Under the pieces are notes generated by a model. The model was not told the origin of the DNA. It searched no databases and saw only the letters and a list, made by a program, of their open reading frames with translations. A stretch of 62,430 nt of DNA, the filler included, from Sphacelaria rigidula (taxonomy: Eukaryota): assembly GCA_964200075.2 (NCBI GenBank). It is 10 parts of 10 records of this genome, joined end to end, with 100 filler letters (N's around TTAATTAATTAA, not from the genome) between each part and the next. Parts side by side here need not be neighbours in the genome. Positions count along the whole stretch, not along the records: positions 50,027 to 56,178 come from CAXNAA020021906.1; positions 56,279 to 62,430 come from CAXNAA020021907.1; 8 more parts are not named here. One strand, 5' to 3'. This document shows, piece after piece, positions 52,519 to 62,430 of the stretch. A program made the position numbers and the translations under genes. Numbering within the stretch: the stretch's first letter is position 1; every line of letters starts with the position of its first letter.

Positions 52519-53905
52519 TTCACGCTTATCACCCAAAAACACTCATCGGCAAAAACTCACGCCGTTTGAAGGAGTGAGACCCTGAAATTTCGCACAGATG
52601 TTCCATGGGATATGAAGCAACTCTCGAAGGTCTAGTTTTTTCCGACTTTTTGATTTTTTTCACCGTTTTTCGGGGATCTCATTTTTTCCGAGAAACATCG
52701 ATCCAATCGGACCCCCGTAAAACGGTAAAGAAAGAAAACTCAAAGAACCTCATTCATCCAAAGGTTGCGCAGTGACCCATGGCACAGTTGTGCGAAATTT
52801 CAGGGTCTAACTCCTTGAAACAGCGTGAGGTTTTTCGCTTTTGTGCGATGAACTTTGACGTGCCGCGGTGAAACCGCAAACTACTTGATTTCAGTACAAA
52901 AACGGCGTTTTCGGGCATTCTTTGATGTGAACATGAATATTCAGGAATCAGTTGATCGAGTTTTGCGAGGAAAGTTTGTGGGATTCTTCATTGGGTTATG
53001 CGGCGACAAATCGGTTGCGTAGAAATGGAAAAATATATATCTTAGTGCCGGTTTTCCGGGGTCCCACAGGGGAGACTACTTCAAAAAACGACTTCGCTCC
53101 CATCGGATTCCCGAAAAACGGTGATAAAGTCAAGGAGTAAAAAAACATCGTCCATAGAAAGTTGCGTAGTGAAACATTGCATATTCGTGCAAACTTTCAG
53201 GATCTAACTCCTCATAACGGCGTGAGGGTTTGCGCGTTTGTGGGGGACGTGGGCTTGAAACGTGCAACTCCTGACTACTTGGTTTTAGTATGGAAACGTT
53301 TTCGGGGTGAGTTTTACGCCAAGGCAAGAAAAACTGTATGAGGTTTTCGAGTTTCTCCGCCAAACTTCGTACATGTGTTCCTTGGACTTTCCCGAGACGG
53401 ATCATTTTATTTTGTTTCTTTTAGGGTATTCTGTACCGCCTTCCGGGGGTCTTCATACTAGGACCCCTTGAAGCCGGTCGAGAACGGAGAAACCATGAAA
53501 TATTGTCAACAATACATTTTTTTTCCATTTGGAGCATCGATACCTACGGAACTGCCAAGTTTGAGGAAGATCTGAGCTTCTCTTCAACAGATATAGGGGA
53601 CACCCTCAGGCTCCCTGGGTCTTTCGTGCGCATAATTAGTGGAAATTGGACTACGCCAACACCCGGCATCACCGAAACATCACGGTCTCGGGTAGAATTC
53701 GACCCCCATAGTAATCGCTTGAAAATATGTCTTTCTCGGTAGATTGGAACCCAAGTCGATGAAGGTTACTACGATTCGAAGCATGTAGAGATTGGGTGGA
53801 AATTGGGCTTGGAATTCGTAATTTCGATCTCGGAACAAGTTGGCGGGCGCTGATCGGTCGATATACCTTCTTGTCCTTAGCGCTATCACTATGGCCGTAC
53901 AGTAG
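52519..53905 (+). mobile_element. Non-coding interspersed element of about 1.4 kb, copy 2
   Basis: Colinear with 44324-45700. Confidence 0.85.
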
Positions 53906-54515
53906 CTCATCCACAGCCGCAACAGTCACCTCGCAGCTCCCGGCACGACTACAGCAAAGAATAAAAACACAGCAATCTCACGGAGCCAGACCGGTCGAAA
54001 GTCAGACAGATGATTCATTCATGGTCAAATTTGTGCCGCGTCATGCTTCCCAGCGCATGTTTTCAAATCTGCCTTAGGGATTTAGCTGGGGGCAAAACCG
54101 TGCCACTCGAGCGGACCGATTCCGCCGCTTTCTTTCGATCGAACGAAAATCCGTTTGTGTAGACAGACCCTTACACGGCGTCCAATAGGGCGGGGTGCCT
54201 CCCGTGATCACCCTATCCATGGTGTGTTCTCTGGTTGCATTTTCGGATGAACACACAACCGAGATTACGAAACGATTCATGGAATCAGGTAGGTTTCATT
54301 TCGAACCCTTATTCACACTTACTTGAAGATCATTTTCTCTGTCTCAGATCCTCGAGATTTTAAAGTGAGAACCCATATTTAGACCTTCACGCGAGCTTGC
54401 AGTCCCAAATGCTCCTTCCGTGACCCAGAGCGTGTTTTTTTTTCGACGTCTTTCAACCCACCCTTTGCCTAGGGCATCTTGTGCACTACCTGTGTGCCGA
54501 GGTTCTCTTTTGCCT

Positions 54516-54593
54516 GGGTCGGGGTAAGGGTTGGGGTTAGGATTAGATTTGGCAGACGAACACCACCGGGTGAACATAGCGCACGTTCACTCG
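54516..54593 (+). repeat. Degenerate TTAGGG-like tract next to a hairpin
   Basis: GGGTCGGGGTAAGGGTTGGGGTTAGGATTAG followed by CGGGTGAAC-atagcgcac-GTTCACTCG. Confidence 0.6.
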
Positions 54594-56868
54594 ATGGGCC
54601 GGGGGTGAATGGACCCGCCGCTCGAAAGGCAATTATTGTAGTTCACGAGATACTGTTTGAGTAGCCTCAGCATATTTGCAGACCCTGATCTCGATCTTTG
54701 GTTTTCTGGGGCTATATGCTTATCATCGATCGAGTTCCAGCACGTTACCGGCCGGCGGTACGATAACAGTAAAGCACAGTACAGTTTCCTCGTAAGTCAA
54801 TATCGGTGTGTGGCGAAGACTGGCCATCAAGCTGACCCATTTTTTGTCACGGCCGCACGTGGGTGGCGGAGGATAAGGGGCATCTGTTACTTTACGTTCG
54901 TTCAATTCCACGATTGCATGCCGCATGCAAGCGTTCGAGTGATTGGTCTGTCCTATATCTCATTGCACTTTTCATATGCAATGAATATTAATGCGGGTCG
55001 TGTGATTTCACGCGAACAAGCATATACATGCTTGCCGTAACCAAGTCATGACCATAAATTCTCTTCGATGCCGGTGCGTTGTCGTAGTCCAGCGTATTAA
55101 ACGGATGCATCTACACAGCATGGTTATACTCACCCCAATGGCGTTTCGTCGTCCACAGAGCACTGGTCGGATGAAGAGCCGCCGCTGGAACACATCTGAG
55201 TGGGTGAGTCGACAATCGAGGCGCAGCCCATTTCCCCTTAAATCAAAACCTTTGACTGAGATCGTGTCTTATAAAATTGGTTTCGTGTCGAGAACGTGCG
55301 GTCGAATCGAATTCGCTCGTTTCTGATTCGTCCACGCTGTTCATTTTCTCGGATGGTTGAGAACATGAATGCCGTGGACGTATCAGGTACGAGCAAATTT
55401 GATTCCACCGTACGTTTTCGAGTCGAAAACCATTTGATAAGGCACGGCCTGATATGTTATAAATGACAGAGCATGCGCTTCTCGAGTGCTACGCTCAGTT
55501 GTATTTCACAGATCCGGGTCTTCTTGATTGTCAGAACACATCACTCTGCACGTCGTGATCATACGTGACAATTTGGTGCCTATTCTGTACACGAAGCAGT
55601 AGCAACCTGTAAAAATATCCGCCTTCACCTGAGCTTCACTACACCATTGCCCAGCCGGACGATATTGAGCCCGGTAGGAGAGCAGACGGAGAAATGGAGG
55701 GCAGCATCGGAGCCCCTGGCGATCGGTCGCTCAGGGCAACACCCTCCTTGTTCGTGTTGCCCACCCGCAACGTAGTGTCCTTCTTCCACAATTCCTTCCT
55801 GTGACGAGACAGCAGTAATTACCAACTCAACCTCAACATGTGGGGGTCGCCAGGCTGTACCACGGGAGTGAGAGATGTCAACGAGTAGACTGTCACGAGA
55901 TAGTGACCTATGCCCTCGCGCAATATAATTGAAGAGATATCGATTACTGTAGTGGTGTAACGCTGCAAGAGTAGGAGCAGACAAAGCATTTCACTGACGG
56001 GGCTGGAAAATGCAAACAAGTGTCGGGCGGGTCCGCCATGAAGAGGGGACGCGGTCATCAAAATATCATCCTCACAGATTCGGATGCATAAGTTATGTGC
56101 GATACACCTTCGGAGTCATGCTACGATAGGGGGGGGGGGCGTACTCATTTGTTGCTTGCCTTAGTCATTTGACCATTGNNNNNNNNNNNNNNNNNNNNNN
56201 NNNNNNNNNNNNNNNNNNNNNNTTAATTAATTAANNNNNNNNNNNNNNNNNNNNNNNNNNNNNNNNNNNNNNNNNNNNATTTAGGCTCGCCTTTCCAATA
56301 TCGTCCTTGCTTTTCCTTACCAGACACATTGCCAAAATAAAGAAAAATAAGAAGAGAGACGCCACGAAAACCGGTGAGACGTAGCTCCCCCGAGTTCAAC
56401 GAAGAGAGAAAAGAAAGAAAGAAAGAAGAAAGAAAAAAACGAACAACAAACGCCAGATCTGTCAAAATTGTACACCGAAATAAAGTGCTAACTATAAATG
56501 TACCAATCAACTACATACCCAAAACGTGAGTAGTACGTGCACCCAACATGACGCAGAAAATGCAAGATACAGGAGACTTACATTAACAAGTACTAGGCGA
56601 GCCAAAATCTCGTGTGAGGCCGGTCAGAAAGTGCCTTCAGACGGTGACCTACTGGTACTATTTTCCGTCTCTCAGATGCTCGCCGATGATGTGGAAATGC
56701 TGTGACTATAGTTCCAGACGGTAACCGAACGGTGTCGGTTCCTTTTCCCTCGGTATATATATATATATATATATATTATACCACTGCGGAATGAGCATCG
56801 GCAGAAAATATCAAAGTGGTGAATTTTGTCTGTCCCTGTGTTTCTTTTGGCTAGACCACAATCCTTGC

Positions 56869-57013
56869 CTGATCAAGTGCCAGTAAGGCTTTGGTGTGAT
56901 CTCGGAGGCCGTCAAGGGCTGCCAGTTCTGCCACGATGTCGACGGGCGCTAGGTTGCCGGCAGGAGACAATATTTTGATGGCACGTGCTAGCGATGGGTT
57001 TACAAAGGGAAGC
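56869..57013 (-). CDS. Possible exon of the contig-10 gene
   Basis: Acceptor ttcttctcgccacag. Encodes ...VDIVAELAALDGLRDHTKALLALDQ. It would need a GC donor (CAG|gcaagg), and its phase does not match the 58249 donor directly. Confidence 0.3.
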
Positions 57014-57258
57014 CTGTGGCGAGAAGAACCAGAACCACACGTGATATCACATAACAGCCGGGTGGGGATGCTGGGGACAATCAGACAGTTCATTGATGGT
57101 TGATTGATTATTTCACATTGGCTGATGGCAAGAATCCAGCCCGTGGTCCGGAGCAGCAAAAAAACAAACATAATAATAAAAAGGAAAAAAAAAAGGACAA
57201 AAGCAGAAAAAGACAGAAGCAACGGCCTCAGAAAGGAAAGAAAAAGGAAGCAGCGATA

Positions 57259-57263
57259 ACAGC

Positions 57264-57301
<38 letters not shown>
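57259..57301 (+). repeat. (CAA)n microsatellite
   Basis: Read directly from the sequence. Confidence 0.95.
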
Positions 57302-57303
<2 letters not shown>

Positions 57304-58248
57304 TACGCACACCCTGTTGCGTTAGACTCTCCTTGATGTTGGCCATGACTAAGTTGTAAAATGACGCGTATTCCAGGACTATCATCTATGCACATACGGT
57401 TCCACCATCGTATCCTACTCCGCTATATAACATGTCTACACGAGAATGAATCGTTCAACCCCGTGTTGCTGCAAGACAACGCCCAAGAAAAAACTTTACT
57501 GGATTCATGGTTAGGTCATGTAAAGGTTGTGATGTAAACAAAACTGACTCGGTCGTCTGCCCTCTCTCACCCTTTGCTAGCCTGGGCGATGTGGTACTTC
57601 GCGCCCCCCAACTGCCGCACTGACGTAGGATATCTCCGATCATTCAAAGACACGACCAGGTCCAACCAAGACATTTCGGCTGATTGTATTGATCTCAAGC
57701 CTGATGTCACCAGACGGATCACCTTGAATACCCGATGGAAATTGCCAGGGTTCGACGTACAAAATAGGGGTCAATCATCGGATCGGGGAGACAAAGGTCG
57801 AAAGCGGGACCCGAGGCGGGTGTACACAAAAAGAATCTTGTATCCCGATGTCGGTAAGGAATGTGGCACATCATGTCACTGTTTTCTTCCTACGGTTTCG
57901 CAGCGGGGAAGATATGACAAGACTCTATACGGCAGGGACTTTCAACGCAACGTGCTGGCCTTATAGGTCGCGGCGGCTATCAGAGGGGTGACTGGGAAAA
58001 CAAGGTTGTTTGAAAAATGCAACTGTTCGCACTTCGTGTATGTACTTGCGCAGAATGGTTTCATTGAGGGGGAATCCTGCCTTGGGTTGTCGTCAGAGTA
58101 TCACACACATCATCCAAAACTGGTCGAGTGTGAAACGTTTTAGTCTTTGCGGATTGTTCTTGGTGCAATGCACACCTTGAGCAGACGGCACAGTTTTCTA
58201 GAAAAACTAAGCTTCCTTCAGAGACAGAGAGACAGTGTTCTGGCGCAC

Positions 58249-58401
58249 CTGTGCCCCCTCGTGATCGCGCGCGACCTGGTACGCCGTCGCCGCTTCGTAG
58301 AGCCGAGAAAAAAGAGCCGAATAATCTTTCAGAGTGAATAGCTGGAGCTTGCTCGCAACTCCTTCTGCCAGACTGTCGCCGCGGGTTGAATTCTCCCGCA
58401 T
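58249..58401 (-). CDS. Exon of an alpha-helical/TPR-like protein
   Basis: Acceptor ctgacgctgaag with a branch-like CTGAC, donor CAG|gtgcgc. Encodes MRENSTRGDSLAEG...SRLYEAATAYQVARDHEGAQ. Phase 0/0. Confidence 0.65.
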
Positions 58402-60687
58402 CTTCAGCGTCAGTGCGGAGGGTGAGCGAGAACAGATGCAAGAGCAAGAAATGGGGCATCTCAAGCGCGGAATCCCCAAAACAGTAGGCTAGAACGAACA
58501 AGAGCACTCGTAAGACTTTGACGACTATTTACAAAATATAATTTCGAGTGGTAAGGCTCTCATGTTCAAACACCTCCAGTTGTTAGTTGAAACTGGACGA
58601 GTGACGTCGTTGCCGTCAGCGACGGCGAAGTCCCCTGGTGACTACGCCAGCGTTGCCTGGTATAAGAGCGTGATACAGTCTCTTTGACCCGCCTCCCCGG
58701 CTCGTGAGGATATTCCGCTGGACGTGTCATCACGACAAAGGAAAGGTATTCTTTGGTTTTATATTGCGCCCGTGTTGTATCTTTAGCCACCAAGCAACAA
58801 CCCTTTGATAGCGCAATGGGGCAGAAGAAGCAGAAATATATATATATATATATATATCGAAAAATTGCCGCGCCAACGTACGTGGTAACTGTAATACTCG
58901 AAAGGTAATAGAGTACGAGAGAGAAAGACAGAGAATGGACGAGGCGAATTGTACCATAGCGCTTCGTGTGTGTTCGACCCACCAAAGGGGTCGAAGCGCG
59001 CCAGCGACTGGCGCCACACGATATGAAAGCAAGTGCTGGGTGTGACAAAAATCACCAGTCATAAAAATGGAGTGGAAATCCCATCATGATCGCGAAAATA
59101 TGTTGTTCGTCGCTTTTTCATAACATCGTCAACACGTAGCAGCGTGAACCCATTGCATCTTGGGGTCATAGGCCTACTTGAGGGTCATATCTGTCCAACG
59201 GAGGGATGCCCAACGTCGATAGAATGAAAGAAACCTGTCTTAAAGCGCTACGAGAAGGTGTTGGCCACGTTTCCTCCCGATATCGGGTATACCCAGATGG
59301 TACCTAAGAGCCTCCAAGCTATCAGATTAATAATACACGCAACTAAGGAGTGCTACGGCACACTTGGGTCAACGAGATTGTAAGTATCTGATTGGCAGAG
59401 TAAAGTCAAGTAACTACAGGTGCGAGTGGTGCTGTGATGATTTCGACCACGTGAGCTCTATTCAAGCAATTAAGAGTGACCATACAGTACGCAAATGAAC
59501 ATATCCATGTTTAGCGCATGAAATTGCCGGTTAGTACACCCGATTCGATTAACGAGGGGTCAAAGTAAAAGCGACGAACAAAGAACGGTTTCTCCACGCA
59601 CAATACATTCAAGGTAACGTAGTTGGCACGGGGCGAGGCATGCACTAGTACAGCAGTTTCGGAGTATCCACACTTTATCCAGGTGACTAGAAGTGGCTGC
59701 GCCGTATCCTTGTAATCAACCCCCCTATACAAACGTCAGGTGATTAGTGTTTCCTTGTATATTGTGTGGTGTACATTACTCGAAGGTCGCTGGAGGGAGA
59801 CGATACATCAAGGTTGGTATATAACAAACCTGCACTGAGCACGCATTGGAGTTCGAGATATAAATCGGCGGGGAAACTGGAAAAGTGGGAGCAAGAGGGA
59901 GCACTACCTGACGATGATGTAATTCTGTCACTTACTCGATTAGGCACCCCATCTCAGATCAACGAGTAGATCTCTTCAGCTTTATCTGCTGATCCGTATT
60001 TTCTTGACTCGCTGACCTTATTCTAACATAAAATTCTCGTGTGGTGGCAGGAATCTCATCTCAAGGAAGCGAGCAAATCGACACCCTGAACAACAAGTCA
60101 ACAGCTACCGGTTCGTCAGTGTGAAAGACGAGACTGATCAGTTAAACTGCCAGCTTATCTTCAACTCTCATTCTTTTCCTCCAGTTCAGGCTGCCGACAA
60201 AGCGTCGGTTTGGGGTGCACCTGCTGGTATATTATTCTAGCGCATAGTCAAGACGACCATTTTAGGGATTTCGGAGCGTCTCGTGCGCTTTATTTTCGGC
60301 ACGGTAGCGCTCAATGTAGATTGTATTCGTTAGATTGCAGATGTTTTCAGTGGCTTTGTTGAAGTTTGACGGATGATACGACGCGTGATGACCAGAGTGA
60401 GAATTGAGTTCCTCAATGAAAAAAAACAAAATGATGGATTTTGCAATTTCTTTCCACAGCATGTTTTTCCTCTCGAATAACTCGTTATGCGGAGCAGGTG
60501 TGAAGGGCAGAGCATTTAGGGAAATCCCTCCAGACCAAATAATCATAGAACGATACTGCAATCACCTTACTATCGCTCGGCCCCTGCACGCATACACACC
60601 CATGCGTCTCCCTCTTTCTCTCTCTCTCGCTCTGCCCTTCTCTGTACCACTCTCTGAACAGGTCGTACGAAATTCCCAGTCCATCAC

Positions 60688-60925
60688 CTCCAGTTTTTCC
60701 AGCACTCTCCGCAGTTCCCGAACTTCCATTTCTGCGCTACCTGCCCAGTTGAAGCACGCTTGGGCGTCGTCTAGACGCGCGCGAGCCTCTGGGTACTTCC
60801 GTTTTTGCACGAGCACCGCGGCGACTTCCCTTGATTTCCGTCCATCCTCTAGCGCATACTCACGACAAAGCTGGCGGGGGTTTCGGAACGTCTCACAGGT
60901 TTTCCTCTCGGCGTCGCGGCGCTTG
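60688..60925 (-). CDS. Exon of an alpha-helical/TPR-like protein (5' boundary approximate)
   Basis: Open frame KRRDAERK...VLVQKRKYPEARARLDDAQACFNWAG...VLEKLE. The donor GAG|gtgatg is phase 0 and joins the exon at 58401 in frame. Confidence 0.65.
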
Positions 60926-61119
60926 CTTTGGATTGCGTGTGTGTGTTGGGTTTGTAATAAAATGTAGAAGGGTAAGAGTTGTGTATACTCAATGGAGAGG
61001 ATCGTTCCTGCGGTTTTTCATTTTTTGGGATCCGTATCGTCGTGTTCGTGTTGAAAGCAAGCTGGCAAAGATTGTATGTTGCAGCCTTCATCATCACATA
61101 TGGTTTTCATCCGAACATT

Positions 61120-61720
61120 GCAAGGGTAGGTCGAGTAGAGTATGTACTTTTGAGTACTCGAGTAAAATACTCAGGTATTTACTCTACTCGACGTTGGAGT
61201 AGGTCGAGTATGGCCTCAAATACTCTACTCGAATTTTGAGTGGGTCGAGTACGATGTCAAATACTCTACTCAAATTTTGAGTAGGCACTCTCAGTAATAC
61301 TTGAGTACAGAGTATCACTTGAGTATGACCTCATTACTCTACTCAAATTTTGAGTGGGTTGAGTACAGTCTCAAATACTCTACGCAATTTTTGAGTAGGT
61401 TGAGTATGGTCTCAAATACTCTACTCAAATTTTGAGTAGGTCGAGTATGGTCTCAAATACTCTACTCAAATTTTGAGTAAGTACTCTCAGTAATACTCGA
61501 GTATAGAGTATCACTCGAGTATGACCGCAATACTTTACTCAAATTTTGAGTAGGTTGAGTATGGTTTCAAATGTTCTACTCAAATTTCGAGTACGTTGAG
61601 TACGGCTTCCAATACTCTACGCAAATTTTGAGTAGATCGAGTACGATCTCAAATACTCTTCTCAAATTTTGAGTACGCACTCTCAGTAATACTTGAGTAT
61701 AGAGTACCCCTTGGGTATGG
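61120..61720. repeat. Palindromic satellite, 41-bp and 73-bp units, 196-bp higher-order repeat
   Basis: Units begin at 61180, 61221, 61262 (long), 61335, 61376, 61417, 61458 (long), 61531, 61572, 61613, 61654 (long). Confidence 0.95.
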
Positions 61721-62222
61721 TGAGTACCCCTGACAGTCGGCGACTTCGTGACGTCAGTTCACAGACTATGTTGAATGCATGGGCGAACGATGGTCATCAA
61801 TTAGATGGGCGGCATTACATCACGGCCAACAAGGAGTACGAGCGAATGATGGCCATAAAAAAATCAAGAAGCGTGCAGGTGAACGAACCTACTTGCCCCA
61901 GCGCCCCATCTCACCAGCCCCCACTCACGGCAGTTCATACTCGATACCTCTTAACGTCTTCGATATCACTCTCAGTACAGAGCGCTACTCATCATCATCG
62001 AGTAATCGAGTCATCGAGTAGTCGTTAGGTATTATCAAAATGAGCGACTCTACTGGCCACGGTTTGACAAGACAGCTGTGACCTTGGATCAACACTCATC
62101 ATGGGTGGACAACTCTAGGAATACCTCGGTATTTCCTCTACCCGAGTTTGAGTATCTTGCGTACGAACTTGAATATTGAAATTAAAGTTTTAGGTTTTCG
62201 GTACATCGGATCCGGCCTCAGA

Positions 62223-62430
62223 TACTCCACTCAAATTTTGAGTAGGCCGCCGAGTACGGCATCAAATACTCTACTCGATTTTTGAGTAGGTCGAGTAAGG
62301 CCTCAAATACTCTACTCAATTTTTGAGTAGGTCGAGTACGGCCTCAAACACTCTACTCAAATTTTGAGTAAGCACTCTCAGTGATACTTGAGTATAGAGT
62401 ATCACTTGAGTATGATCTCAATAGTCTACT
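62223..62430. repeat. Second block of the same satellite, running into the contig end
   Basis: Three short units then one long unit of TACTCTACTCAAATTTTGAGTA... Confidence 0.95.

Noticed and set aside
55627..55798. Minus-strand exon after the acceptor tctcgtcacag
   Set aside because: The splice-like signals are plausible, but there is no partner exon, no recognisable domain and the frame is ambiguous.
6155..56278. Periodic TTAATTAATTAA motif every 6.25 kb as a biological signal
   Set aside because: It is an artificial linker embedded in fixed N runs. The period reflects length-sorted contigs.
56851..57385. Poly-Cys/Leu/Thr ORFs
   Set aside because: These are translations of a (CAA)n microsatellite and A-rich intron sequence.
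58562..58737. Solo LTR (TG...CA segment)
   Set aside because: No target-site duplication, PBS or PPT on the flanks.
61120..62430. CRISPR array
   Set aside because: The apparent spacers are about 10 bp and homologous to each other, there are no cas genes and the context is eukaryotic. It is a satellite.

Overview
This window is not one locus. It is ten unrelated contigs of about 6.15 kb, ordered by length and joined by an artificial 100-bp linker (N44-TTAATTAATTAA-N44). Nothing should be inferred across a linker. The DNA is eukaryotic: it has GT-AG introns, is dense in transposable elements and has many microsatellites. The style suggests a brown alga or other stramenopile, which is an inference. 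Three partial host genes can be spliced by eye: a 5-exon EF-hand protein with a possible MABP-like repeat (contig 1), a VHS+UIM endosomal sorting protein (contig 2) and a helical/TPR-like protein (contig 10). The rest is mostly decayed mobile DNA: two LINE remnants, a Ty3/Gypsy element (LTR-gag-RT-RNase H-integrase), a very long degenerate gag frame with a CCHC knuckle, an LTR with its polypurine tract nested in a LINE, a tRNA-derived SINE, several MITE families (one with 4-bp target-site duplications) and a palindrome-based satellite with a 196-bp higher-order period. I found no CRISPR array, no intact transposase and no intact novel multi-gene system. The most unusual items are the palindrome arrays, the 4-bp-TSD MITE family and the MABP/EF-hand combination.
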